A stretch of 61,412 nt of DNA, the filler included, from Hausera hauseri (Eukaryota), in the NCBI GenBank assembly GCA_046269625.1. It is 11 parts of 11 records of this genome, joined end to end, with 100 filler letters (N's around TTAATTAATTAA, not from the genome) between each part and the next. Parts side by side here need not be neighbours in the genome. Positions count along the whole stretch, not along the records: positions 1 to 6,375 come from JBJURY010106654.1; positions 6,476 to 12,277 come from JBJURY010186526.1; 9 more parts are not named here. The stretch is one strand, 5' to 3'. Positions 1-12,277 of the stretch are shown here, piece by piece. Positions within the stretch are counted from its first letter, which is position 1. Each line of letters opens with the position of its first letter. Below the pieces are notes generated by a model that saw nothing but the letters and a program-made list of their open reading frames with translations, had not been told where the DNA came from and did no database searches. Made by a program: the position numbers and the translations under genes.

Positions 1-725
1 GAAGAACCTTTGAATGATAGAGTCGATTGACGACTCAGTGAGCTTAAGAACGGCATTATAAAGTTGAGCATATGGATAGGTGTGGTGAAGGATGTCGATT
101 ATGTTTGTAATTTTGGTTTTTATAGAAGCAAGTAAATTTAAAAAGTCTGTTGGTTTTGGATGAGGGGTCGACGACGTTTTGTAATTGGAGCTAGAATTGA
201 TGCAGTTTTAGCCATGTTTGGGTAGAATTTTGGCTGTCGAGGAAGTATTCTGTGCAGGGTGAATGAGGAGGGAGTGTGTACTCTGTCGGAGTGTTTGCGA
301 CACTTTGATTGGGTAGGTAAATGATGCAGATCGGTTGTTTGGTGGATTTGTTTGTGGTATCAATATTGGGTAATGAATCCATGCCACCACGGATGCGGAA
401 GTGTATGTGATGGCAGATATAAGATAAAGAAGATTGCAGGGTTCCATCGAGAGGTACCGTGGAGCCGTGGTGTGAGGTAAAAGTCAGGTTAGCAAAGAAA
501 AGTGGAGATGATGTTGTATATGGTATGTGTTTAAGTGTGTTAGTGCATTTGTGCGATGTTTATTATTTAAAAAATAAGAACAGAAAATACAGAGAGATCG
601 TGTAGTTGAGGGCGTGTCGTGGGGCGGCCGCGAATGGTGCCGTCCGACCCAATGGTATGGGGTGGGCGGCACAGGCTTCAGACTCGCCGCGGCGGGTCGC
701 AAATTTCGGGGTAGCCGCGGTCTCC
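1..725 (-). mobile_element. Ty3/Gypsy family-2 element: 3' part of the 5' LTR plus start of gag (decayed)
   Basis: The minus-strand translation (CTEYFLDSQ..TWLKLHQF, HHTYPYAQLYNAVLKLTESSIDSIIQRFF) aligns by eye with the gag N-terminus in contig H (45119-45520). GC-rich 610-725 resembles 45720-45830. The LTR appears to end in CAACATCA at 509, the inverted complement of the LTR start TGATGTTG at 46610. Confidence 0.75.
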
Positions 726-1005
726 GCACGTAAAGTCTCCTCATCGGTCAGTCCATGTTCACTACGCAACAAATCAATTTTACGGATCAATGACAAATTG
801 TTCGCGTCATCCATTGGCGATGGGTCGACCTCAGAGATTACGGCAGTTTCAGGTTCATTACTCCATGAAATAATTTTCTCTGCCAATAATTTAAGTCGTT
901 TCTGGAGTTTATGAGTAGCATCGGTACCGAGTATTTGAAAATATTTGTCATCACTTTTTAATACGTTGGTTTTTATTTTGACCCTTCGAGTTTCAAGTGT
1001 ATGAT

Positions 1006-3250
1006 TTAAAAGACAGAGTACGGTGAAACAACGCCGTCTGCCAAGTCCTGGCGAAAGCCAACCAAATAATTGCGCAACATCGGGTGAGGATGTAACATAA
1101 GAGTGAGCAGAATATTTGACAAAATAAAATTAATGCGAATTTGATTTTGTTTCATACGTCCAAATTTCCCAAAGAACGTTTCAGGGAAATGACCAACAAC
1201 AGCATGTCTAGTTAGTTCCGGATTGCTGTAATAAGTGACAACCATTTTCAAAGCCATATCCGAATTCTTTGGTGAAACATTGTCATCAATTGTTATAATA
1301 CTCTGTAATGACGTGATTGATGTTGTTGGCTGTGGAGGCCGCAATGGATGTGACTCATCTTCCTTTTTTACTTGATTACTGTCAGCAATAATTCTCAGAA
1401 CTTCTTCAAGTGAAGAGGAACAAGATCGAAGAATTCGTGAGTTTACCTGGATGGATTCAAGAGACAATGTAAAGTCTTCGAGTTTTTCGGATTTTGCTAT
1501 TTTATCTAAGTCATCCATAATAATGCCAGAATCGGATGATGATAATGAATCGGGCACAGGGTTGGACTGAACCTTTTTCACAAGTTTGTCGTTCAATGTA
1601 ACACTCGTTTCAGTTGAGGCATCGTCATTTCCGGAGAAATCAAGCATATTATAACTGATCGTATATAGAGACTTCTGTTCCTGAATATTTTCAATGCTCG
1701 GGTACCGGAGTTTGTGAATCAACGATCCAACTGGGAATCCGATTCAAATTTCATAGGTGTTAATGTACTGGCATTGATACTTCGAGATAGTTGTGAGCGC
1801 GGTGTAAAGTTAGAAGAATCCCCTGAATCAAATGATGAACTGCCTACAGTTCTTACAAATCTTGGAGTACTGACTGAGTTGGAATTTCGTCGACGAATAT
1901 CTTGTTTCAGGTAACTGCGAGTATTGATCGAGAAAACCATGAGATGGTTTTTTAGTTTGCATTACGATTGTGTCTAGTGTCTTTTCCATATAGTCAAGTG
2001 ATGGATTAATTCCATTATAGTCAAATTGCGACGTACTTTCACATACTCGGTGACATTTTCAATGGCCATTCGAGTGAAATCGAGAAGTTCTGTGTCGTAT
2101 GTTTCAGCAACAGGAAAGAAATTGGGTCGCAATCGAAGAAAAAGAGAAGATACTTCAAACATAGAATCACGACTAACAACAGAGTTTCTGTACTTTTTAG
2201 ATAAATGTCGACAAGGAATAAGATAACGAAATATCTGTTCAAAAATAACATTTTCACAATTTAATGATAACATAGTTTGAAAGAGTGACAGGGTGGAGAC
2301 ACCCAACCCACTTTTTGAATTCGATGTATTTATTAGCGACTGGAGTATTCGCTGACCTTCATGATTTTCACCAATTATAAAGCATGGAAACGGCTTTAAT
2401 ATTTCCGCTTCAGTAATTGATCGGAGAAATAATCCAAAGTATATGGTATGCGAAATTACTTCGTCCAGAGTTTTTCGATTCAAAGAAGGTCCAGTGACAG
2501 GTATTAAAAAGCAATTATAAATATAATGTGTAACGGCTTTACGTATTAGAGAATGAGACACTTGATTAACTTGGCGACAAAGACGCAGATAGTCAAGAAA
2601 GTGCTGCAATTGTGGACATGTTTTAATGAATGTGCTATTCAGTTGGTCGAGCAACACTACATGACAGAAATCTGGCAGTTTTTTCGGAAGATTGGAATTG
2701 AGCGCACTGAGAAACGTTGGCAGTACCGGACAGAAATCGGACTGAAGTGCGGTGCTGTATGCAATGTCTTCATTTGTAACAGTTAACGTTAATAGGAGTA
2801 AAACGGTATCTCTGGTCTCTTTACCCAAATGACTGTCTCTGTGAAGAAGCGGGATAGGAGGGTTAAGAAGCGGAAAAGGATCTCGGAAAATTGATAAACT
2901 GATTTCACTGCAAGGATTTTGCAATAGAGGTTCATTACTGACTCGCACGCACATCAGCTTCAGCAAATGAACGAGGGCGATTTCCAAGTGACGGCTTGGC
3001 CTAATGTTGTATTCATTAAGAAGACGGAGTAATTGTTCAAGAAACGCTCTGTCGAAACGCACTCGGGCGATAGTAGCCAATAATTGCTGCAAACAGACGT
3101 AAATGTTGACGTTTCAGTCGTTCCAATCATCCCCAAAATGGTGGAAACTCGAACCGTAAATATTGTTGAACAAATCTTCTTGAATTGAATACGTAAATAT
3201 TGCAGAAATATTATTCTCAGATGTCGATGAATTTTCCTCAGTTGGTCTCA
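1006..3250 (-). pseudogene. FHIP1: FHF complex subunit FHIP1/FAM160A-like (RAI16-like family), apparently intronless, with frameshifts and stops
   Basis: ORF 1974-3092 contains SDFCPVL, YIYNCFLIPVTGPSL and LSLFQTMLSLNCENVIFEQIFRYLIPCRH. ORF 1006-1722 ends MKQNQIRINFILSNILLTLMLHPHPMLRNYL. Both match remembered FAM160A conserved blocks. The coding sequence is broken across three frames. Confidence 0.85.
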
Positions 3251-3339
3251 ATATCACCTCAAATTCCCTATTTTTCACAAATGTCCACACATTTAATTAT
3301 TCTCAAAATGGTACAGGTTAAAGCCAACGAAGGTCCGCC

Positions 3340-3830
3340 GCCAGACGTACTGAAAACACAGCCGGTATCGACATACAGAACATCAGCATTAATCCCAGTT
3401 GCTCGACAATCATTTAACAAACTAATACCATCTAATTCACTCTGATTTAACCAGAAATAAAAAATGAACTGAACCAGAAATAAAAATGAACTTTTCTTAA
3501 CATCACCAGTAACATTTAAAAATTCTGCCTGATTTTCCTCTAATCGTTTCCATATAAATTTTTATAAAAGGTACCTCCGATATGGTGGATAACATTTCCC
3601 ACGTTCACCAAAACCTGCAGAACCGCTGTTTATTATTAAAACTTTTGCAAACGGGTCCGATGCTCGTATTAATCTGGCAGCTGACATTCCTGAAATACCA
3701 CCTCCAATGATCAAATAAGGTTCTTCTGTTGGTAAGTTAGATGCAGTTTTCATTTCAGATGCAGCAAATGTCTCTTCTGCACGCTCCTTTTTAGTACCTT
3801 TAGAGGCTTTGTATTGGGCAAGAGCCTTGA
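3340..3830 (-). pseudogene. AIFM1: Apoptosis-inducing factor (AIFM1-like) N-terminal FAD-binding fragment
   Basis: EEPYLIIGGGISGMSAARLIRASDPFAKVLII..PPYRR matches AIF ([37 protein letters not shown]). It is truncated and disrupted by a ~22-bp tandem duplication at 3449-3492. Confidence 0.8.
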
Positions 3831-4934
3831 ATAGGCTGCACAATACAAGTACTAAAATGCAGTCGATAAAACAACTGCTGAAAACGTGGGAAAACAACAA
3901 CTTCAGATTAGAAGGTTTATTTTAATAAATATAGGTTGACAGAGTGATCTCGACGTCGTGTGTAGGGGGAGTTGGACTCGACACCGTGTATGAAGTTGAC
4001 GGAGATGTCCTCGACACCACGTGGTATTTAGTCGATGTTGTCTAGTCTGTTTTGAGACAACATTTCCGTAAATCTGCATTTCGGTTTTCGTTATTATCGT
4101 CACGGCTGCTGCTGTCGATGTTTGGTTGTTTCGGTTTTTTGCTTCGCGTGTAGTTATCTGCAGAAAAGCTAAATGAATATGATAAAAATATTAAAGAAAT
4201 TGATCAGGAAATTATCTGCGTTCTTGTCTGCATCCATTCGATTGAATTTGTATTTGATATCTGATAGTGACGATGGGAATCACTGTTGACAATTGAATAG
4301 GTTTGTTCGCCATGTGAAAACGATAAGGTGTTGATGACAGTATGACTGGCAGAAATCGTGTTCTGATGAGCTGTCGTCAGTTTTGAGGAAACCACGTGAC
4401 GTATTCGAGCCGATGGACAAGTTTTATAACGAATTGATGAGTGATGGGCTCGTCGTAATTTCAGTAATTGCCATGGTCAATAATCAGTATCACTGGATCA
4501 TCGAATAGATCGGGAAACATCGATAGATCGGCCATTCTATTTGTTATAGGTAATGATGACCATGTTGAAGCGGTGTCTGCGGCTGACGACGACGGTGTCA
4601 ACGATGCAGATTTAGTAAAGTTGTGGATTTTCCCTTTTTTGAAAAATTCGACTCTTCTACTAATCTGTGGATTTAAACATGGGTTTAAATCCACAGGTTT
4701 TTGTTAATAATTATGCCTATGGGCGATTTCGTGATTTTTTAGTATGTGATTGTTTTTGCTCTTTGATTTTGTAAAGCAATGCCTTACATATATTATGGCC
4801 AGAATATAAGGAAATCAAAAATCTACTCCTAACCTTTGTAGCAGTAGAAAAAACTATCGAAGACGAGTAAGAACCAGAATTCAAGCGAATAAGAATGGGG
4901 AACGTCGAAGGTTATCTGATAATTGAGTTAGAAA

Positions 4935-5631
4935 ATGTATATCTTGAAAAGGAAGAAATGTGCTGAAAATCTCAGAGAGCTACTCCGTGGAAAACTTATT
5001 GTTGGAATTGAATTGCCATGGTTATACAAGCAAATGCAGCTAAAGGAAACAAACATCTTCGGTACGCTTAATGTAGATCAAAAATTTAATTTACCAAATA
5101 AGCAATGGAAAAGAGAAGGTACATTACCCGAACAATTAACCAATCTACGACAAGAATACAAAATTAAACTTAACCGTCAGGGATCCCCATATTATATTTT
5201 TCCAAGCAGACCCTTGTCTAAAAATGACAAACATCCCCAACAAGAAATAACATGTAACACCATCTTGATTCCGGAAGTAACATTACAGCATCTGGACATA
5301 GATACAGTTCAAAACTGGGATAAAATATTTACTAACAGAAAGTCGCCGAATAGGGTTTGAAGATATTGCCAAACAAGGACTGATCTGTATGGAAGGTATC
5401 GATAAAGTATATTTAAAGAATACAGATATCCAAATTAAAAGGAACGACCTGCCATGTGCCGTACTTACCAATCAAGGAGAAGCCCGGCTACAAATCCGTA
5501 ATAAAACAGTAATCGTTTCCAAAGAGATTATAATACTTCCTAATTATTCCTACAAAGGCCATTGTCAAATTCAACCTCTAGATAACTGTCCATTATACTT
5601 AATACAATTATTTAAAAAAATACCCATATGA
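4935..5631 (+). pseudogene. Degraded coding sequence of unknown origin (ORF fragments of 141 and 80 aa)
   Basis: Adjacent same-strand ORF fragments with protein-like composition; no family recognised. Confidence 0.3.
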
Positions 5632-6375
5632 ATAAAGCTTATACAAAGAGTTAATCGAAATGAATGTTATGCCTTTTGCTTCATCTAACAGTACAGTGCA
5701 GTTTTTTTCCATCATTACACACTACTTAATAACGTCTAAAATCTTTTCACCACAACAGTATATTGGATAATTTTCAGTTGTTTTACTAATGTGCCATTTT
5801 ATGAAGTGATTCTCAGGTGTTCGGCAATGTGTGTGTAACCTACTCTAACTTTGAAGAGCAGTAGCTTCCTGAAATCTCATTCATTTAGCAATCCCACTTC
5901 AATTTTATCTTTGAAAATCAATTGTTCATCATCTTTGTGTCCCCTACTTGGTATATTTTATCTTCCAAAAAATGTTCAGTCCTCACTAATGATACAATTG
6001 CAATAACAATTAACTTCGTACTTTATCAATTAATGAGTAGAACAATTTTGCTTTAATGTATGGATGGAGGTGTGGCTTTTCTTACCTAACTATATGTCAG
6101 TAATGTGTTTCAAGAAAAGTACTTAGATCAATTTGATTACTTACTTAATGTTTACTATCTTATTCTTTAGTGAAAGTTACTTTGGCCGTCGTCAGGTAGT
6201 TTTGACCTGGAGGACGAATTTATCCACGTTAATTAGGAACTTAGTTAATTAGTTAGATTAATTGAGAAGATAACGATTACTCCTTTTGTTAGCAAAAGTA
6301 TATTCGATTACAACTATACAACGAAAATGATAAAATTTAACAAACAATCATATTCGTAAAAATAATATGCTTACG

Positions 6376-6475
6376 NNNNNNNNNNNNNNNNNNNNNNNNN
6401 NNNNNNNNNNNNNNNNNNNTTAATTAATTAANNNNNNNNNNNNNNNNNNNNNNNNNNNNNNNNNNNNNNNNNNNN
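6376..6475. other. Artificial contig spacer N44-TTAATTAATTAA-N44
   Basis: An identical 100-nt spacer recurs 10 times; TTAATTAATTAA puts stops in all six frames. Confidence 0.98.
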
Positions 6476-7406
6476 TGGAGGTATTTTGAGTTCTATTCTC
6501 GTAGCCTCGTTCTTTAGTATTATCATACAATCTCTTATTATTTCGGTTCCTATTACGATTGTCACCATCATTATTCCGTTCAAATCTATCGCTCTGTTTT
6601 GCATATCTATCTAATTCCATTTCTAAATTTTGCGCTAACTGTAATGCAGTCTCAAAATTGTCTGATCGGGCTAAGATTAATTGCTTAACTAAATCTCTGG
6701 ACCATATTTTGTTTATTAACTGCGTCATCATCATGATGCCTAAATCTGGTGGGCTAGACTTTTCTGCAGCTTCAATTCTGCATCTGTCTTTACTTTAGCC
6801 GCGTTAGCTATCCTTAATGTATTTACATAACTATTAGCAAGTTTCTTTAATGCAAATGCGAAATGAGTAACCGATTTACCCTTTTGTTGGGTTGTATTCT
6901 GAAAAGCCATAAGCTTCTGTTGTGGCGTAACTCTCGGCAATAGCTTTTGGTTTAGGGCTCCTACTACAGAGGACCATGATTTCTTTTCATCGTTTGTAAG
7001 TTCACTATAGGCATGTGCAGCCAGATTATATCAAGTATAGAGACAATCGCTTAATCATAACTTCGGGCGCAAGGCCGGCACTTTCTGCATGCAATTTGTA
7101 AGTCCTCAGAAAATCATTTAACCCATCCGAGTCTCCGTCGTATGAGGGTAAATTTAACGAGTCGAGCGTGAATATATCAAGTATATGAGCTACTGCTGAG
7201 TTTTCTGTTGCCATTCTTATTCTATTTTGTCTGTCTATTTTAATTCTAGGAGGAGCTTTAAATTCTTTAACAGAGGTTAATTCAGTATCAGATAAACAGT
7301 GCTTATCGATTATCTTATCCTCGATGTAAAGCTTATTTCGAGTTTCTCTTTGATTACGTTCTTCTATGCCGTTCACTAATAAGTTTTGATATGAGTCAAC
7401 TATCAA
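6476..7406 (-). pseudogene. gag: Ty3/Gypsy family-1 gag (capsid-like domain followed by an Arg/Asn-rich tail)
   Basis: LPSYDGDSDGLNDFLRTYKLHAE..KRLSLYL..QQKGKSVTHFAFALKKLA is a retrotransposon-gag motif set. It lies directly downstream of the LTR and PBS and is homologous to 47757-48650. Confidence 0.85.
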
Positions 7407-7550
7407 TATTTGCTCTCAATTCAATTTTTAGTTAATTTCCCTCTAACCACTTATAATCCCACGTTTAAACTTTTAACTTATATCGTATAACAATTCGCCT
7501 GTATGTCTTTACTTGGCTCTCAAGAGTAATGTATAGCGATGCACAATCTG

Positions 7551-7567
7551 TTCTGCTAGGGTCGCCA
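7551..7567 (-). promoter_or_regulatory. Primer-binding site TGGCGACCCTAGCAGAA (possibly complementary to a tRNA-Arg)
   Basis: A TGG-initiated motif immediately after the LTR and upstream of gag. The tRNA identity is tentative. Confidence 0.7.
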
Positions 7568-7569
7568 AA

Positions 7570-8276
7570 TATTTTACAGTTGGGTGGTCCTTACCGTCTC
7601 CCACTATAACAATAGTTTATTTCAAGTTAAATTGCTTTTCAGCAGGTTAGGATTACCCGTTATTGAGTAATCTGCTTGTGCCTTAATAAATTTAGATAAT
7701 TTATGCTGTACTGCTGGTACTTCGTGCGGTTTAAATGCTTGTATTAGTTTATAAAATTTCAACTTAACTATGTGATTTTAAGTATAATTTACCCTTATGG
7801 TAGTCAAATCGTCCTTAAGAGATGATGAAAAACTATATAGGGATTTTAATAAACAATTTTAAAATAACCTTTATTCGATACACAGATTATCACAATAATT
7901 TCTCTAAACAAGAACAGTTCAAAATGATAGCGTAAGTAACAAGTCTTTGTCTTGGAATTTAGTTGTCCGACTTTAAGTCGTACACTGATTTCTGAATTCT
8001 AGTGGTTGGCGTACTGCTTATATATATTAGTAGCTTCAGTTCTATTTACATGTTTATAATACTATTCAAACAATTAAATTGAATTTTTCTATGTTTTAAT
8101 GTGTTTTCACTCATTTCTTCCATTACCAAATAGTTAGTACATATTTTGGTAATCCGACAATTCCATTATTAATATTTACAATCTAAATTCTTCGGAAATC
8201 TAATATTTACAATTACTACTTAAGTAAACAATTCGAGTCTTCGATTTCTTGATTGTTTACAATCCATTATGTTACA
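7570..8276 (-). repeat. Family-1 LTR (~700 bp)
   Basis: Begins TGTAAC at 8276 right after a polypurine tract and ends just before the PBS. Contains a TATA-like TATATATAA (~8018-8026) and a downstream AATAAA (7870-7875) on the minus strand. The end near 7570 lacks the canonical CA. Confidence 0.75.
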
Positions 8277-8288
8277 TCTCTCCTCCCT
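8277..8288 (-). promoter_or_regulatory. Polypurine tract AGGGAGGAGAGA
   Basis: Purine run abutting the TG start of the LTR. Confidence 0.8.
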
Positions 8289-8508
8289 GAGCGGTATCCT
8301 CGGAGGAGCCTATTGCGTCAGAAGAGGTGGCGCTTGACGTTCTCGGTCATCTTAACTGATTCATTCTTTCTGGTAGATATGAGGGTAAATTTCTTCGATC
8401 TCCATTGGTTATGGGGTTTATTTCCAAATTGTAGCTGTGATAAGGCTTGATCCGAACAATTCATGTGTAACTTCCATCACAGTAATATTTTAGTTCGGTG
8501 GCCTCTGC

Positions 8509-8643
8509 TCAAAATACTGGACATGTTGCTTTTCCATTGTCGAGTGTCCATTTTTCCATGCAATCTCGGCAGTATTTATGGCGGCAATTGTGGTTATCTA
8601 ATACCACATATCCTTGCCTCAAATTTGCGTCGCACACAGGGCA
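8509..8643 (-). pseudogene. C3HC4 RING finger at the 3' end of the family-1 accessory region (not in the ORF track)
   Basis: Manual translation gives CPVCDANLRQGYVVLDNHNCRHKYCRDCMEKWTLDNGKATCPVF*A. Seven of eight Zn ligands are intact, and TTT-TGA is one substitution per codon from TGT-CGA (CPVCRA). Confidence 0.85.
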
Positions 8644-10710
8644 TTCGCTATCTTTTTTGTTCCAATCATCTCTGTCTAAGTCGAGGTTTTATAACGGTTA
8701 AGTATAATTCAGTCCCATCTCTTTCTCGAATAGATACCTCGATCGGTATTCCATATCCATCGTCTCCTCTACCGTAGTTCGTGGCCAGAATCCTTATATT
8801 GCGACCGTCTTGAACTAACCTATACGATTGTAGATGTTCATCCTTTTCTGCCTCTGTTGGGGTTTTTTCGAACTGTAGAACTGGCAAGTCTAATTTGCAT
8901 TTCTTTTTATAAGTCATTTCAAACATCAGTTTAACCGGTAAGGCTGCTACTCGAAATTCTAATCCATAATCAATAGCTTCTAAGCCTCGTCCGCTTATTC
9001 TAAACGTGCTAAATTGGTATTGATGCCCTTCGTTACAATCCCATTGCTTGTTCTTTATTTTGTAGTAAACTTCTCCGTCGACCAGATGAATAAATATATC
9101 TTCCACTTGGGCAGTTCTATTCTGTATTAGTTCCTTAAGATTATACGATTTGGCTTGATTGTTACCGCGCATCGCGTATATCAGAATTGTGCGACTCCTT
9201 TAGGTGGTCCCTTTTAAGTCGTTGGGTATTTCATTTACTTTTCGATATTCGACATATGCTTCTGTCCGTAGTGCGTCATTTATTCTTAGGTATATGGCTT
9301 TAGATTTGAGTATAAAAACTGTTCCATATGTTTGTAAGAAGTCGCCGATTCTAGGTCGGCTGCTCGCACTTACCATTCTGAAAGAAAATGCAAAATAAGG
9401 GTCAATCCTAAAACAAAGTATTGTTCGAAATTTGAATCCATTCTTTGTTTGATAGTGGAATAACCCTATCTATAGTTTTTTCTATTTTAGCGGTAGTCGT
9501 AGTCTCATCCTTTATTTTCTCATAAATGAGTGGTTTCGTTACGACAATCTCGTTTAAGGTTCCTATTGTGAATACTCTACCTTGTTTATTCTCTGCACCC
9601 ATTTGTATTATATAGTCTGTTTTAGGTTTCAATCTGATACATTTGATTCGGTAGTTGCCTTTTGACAGTGACACCTTTTGATTATCGTGTATTGTTTGGC
9701 AGCTTATTTCTACATTGTAGTTAAGTGTTTCCTCCACAATGAACGTTATTTCGCGCTGTTGTGCCCAATATTTTATAGGGATTATTTCTAGATTCTGCTA
9801 AGACGATTTATTCGTTTGAATGATTCTGATGAGTGCAGTAGTAGTAGATTTTGTTTTTGTATTCGTCGTCGTTTCAAGTGAATTCGGCTTGATTGAATTT
9901 CTAAATCGGTACCTTCCTAGATAAATACTCGACTGGTTTGGTTTGACATCATATAAGTCTAACTGAATTCTATATTTATATTTTTGGGGTAACTTGCAAC
10001 ATCTTTTCGGTTGCTCGACGTCGATTTGACAGTACTGTTGGTTATGAGCTGGTATGTTCTCCTTCAGGAATCAGACTGAGATCACTCGACCGTTAATCAA
10101 TCGTACTTCTGTGTTTATTTGAACACAATTGTCCTTTGGATTTTCTGTTATACTTTCGATATTTTCTTCCAGCATCCGCTTTACTGAATCAAAGGACTGG
10201 AGTATTTCGTTGCGTTTTATCCCATGATGCTTGTTCCAAGCAGGGATAACTAATTGAAATTGTGGTTCTATTTCGTAGATTCTAGATGATTTCCGTGAAT
10301 ACATTCGGTAGGTAATGTTATAAGTATGTCCAAAATCCGCAGTGCAACATTGCGTATGCTTTCAGGCTCGAAATCACAATTTATTGTTTTTTTTGTCATT
10401 ATATCATCTAGGGCAATTTGAAGTCTTTCACCATTGTGGTGTGGTCTCTGTACTTTAAATCCAACGCATGTGGAGTTTGGCAAATAATAATGAATTTTGA
10501 CTGATTGTAACAACGTAATTCCTTCTTGCCTTGGGATTTCTTCTAATGTTGGTATCCTTTCCGTTTTATTAACCTCTGGTTTAAATCCATTTTTCTGCGC
10601 TCCGTATACATTTTTAATGTAGATCCGTCGTGCCACCATTTAGTTTGTTCTCTCGGAATACAAGAAGCAATTATCGATAATGCTAAAACTATCTGCACAT
10701 ACGATATGGG
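8644..10710 (-). pseudogene. Family-1 post-integrase accessory protein: signal-peptide-like segment, Cys-containing beta-rich/FN3-like domains, Thr-rich linkers
   Basis: Hydrophobic YVQIVLALSIIASC (10640-10701) follows the integrase. FN3-type motif CIRLKPKTDYIIQMGAENKQG at 9579-9641. TTTNTKTKSTTT and ETTTT linkers. Homologous segments occur in contigs C and J. Confidence 0.7.
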
Positions 10711-12277
10711 TCTGGTGATAATCGACGAGGTCTTGTTTTCTCGCGGTCTTAGATTGTAATGTTTAGCTGGCCTTATAACGGTTTTAACTACTCTTTGAAT
10801 CAATACCACTTCCTCTTTTCCATTTTTATTGATATAAACCGTGATTGGTGTTGTACGGATGATTTCATATGGTCCTCTTCCAGTAGGTGTTAATTTCAAG
10901 GATGTACCTTTCTTCGCGACTGGGTAATGTAGGCAAACCCCATTTCCCTTTTCCAGATCATGAGGCTTAGTCTTTTTATCGTATTGTTTTTTAAATTGTT
11001 CCTGGTATTCGAGTGATAATGTTTTCGCAACCTCCCAACACTTTTGTAATCTTGTCTGTAAAACTTCGGCAAAGTTTTGCTCTAAATCCTTGAGATTTTT
11101 TTCATACGGCGTCATGCCTAGATCGGCAGGTAAGATTGCCTCTCGTCCATACATCATAAAGAACGGTGTGAACCCTGTTGCTGGATGTGGAGTCGTACTA
11201 ATCGCGAATTGTGTTCCATCTGGGAATTCATCCCAATCCTTTTGATTTTTTGCCACTACTGTTGATAGTATCCGAATAACTGTTGCGTTCATTCGCTCAA
11301 CCATTCCATCACATTGGGGATGGCACGCGGTAGTGGTTAGACGTTCAATTTCAAATATTATGATAATCTTTTTTAATAGTTCGCTTGTGAAGTTCTTTCC
11401 TCTATCAGTTAGAATTTGTTCTGGTGGTCCATATCTGCAGATGATTTTTCTTACCACTACGTCGGCTAAAGTTTCTGCCTTTTGGTGCCACTAGTTCTAC
11501 GAAGTGCGTTAGTCGGTCCACACATGTCAGGATATACCTGTTATTTTATGAGTTTTAGGCAAGAGTCATACTATATCCATAGATATGGCTGACATGGGCT
11601 TATCTGGTACATTTATGGGTTTTAATTCTGCTACGTAGCCTTTCGTCTTCTTTTGTTTTGTCGCGCAAACTTTGCACGCTCCTACCCAATTCTTTACATC
11701 AATATAAATACTTGTCCAGTAGTATTTATTCAATATTCTTTCCAATGTCTTCTTCCAGGATATATGTCCGGCTATATATGAATCATGTTCGGCCATGAGT
11801 ACTTCGGTGCGCAACTCTTTTGGAATAACTATTAATCTTCGTCTCTTCCGTTCGTAATACAGGATATTATCCTGGTTTTCGGCGTGATATTTATGTCCGT
11901 GTTTTTGCAGGTGCTTCTTCAGTTGCCGTCCCTTGGGTATATCGCCGTTTTGTGCCAACTTAACAATTTGATGATTAACTTTATCTTGGGCTTGCTCGGC
12001 CGTAATTCTAATTGTCTTATCTATTATTAGAGTTTGTTGTCGTTCGATTAGTTGTTCGAGTTGCGGCTTTTTTGCTATAGTAATTGTACTCGATTTTGTC
12101 TTAAGCCTTGATAGTGCGTCAGCGTCGACGTGTTTATTTCACGGTTTGTATTGGAATTCAATGTTATATCGTGAGATCTATTCAATCCAACGGTTTAATC
12201 TACATGTCGGATTATTAGCTCGTCCTTTCAATGTCGTAACTGCCTTGTGGTCGGTTACTATAATAATCCTTTGTCCA
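10711..12277 (-). pseudogene. pol: Family-1 pol, 3' part (end of RNase H, HHCC zinc finger, DDE integrase, GPY motif)
   Basis: EHDSYIAGH..CKVC, SMDIV, ILTDRGKNFTS, HPQCDGMVERMN, GRGPYEI. Confidence 0.95.

Noticed and set aside
606-914. Short antisense ORFs overlapping recognised genes (here and throughout the window)
   Set aside because: They are shadows of opposite-strand coding sequence or GC-rich LTR sequence, with no independent motifs.
6420-6431. Recurrent palindrome TTAATTAATTAA as a biological repeat, homeobox site or CRISPR-like repeat
   Set aside because: Always centred in exactly 44+44 Ns; it is an assembly linker.
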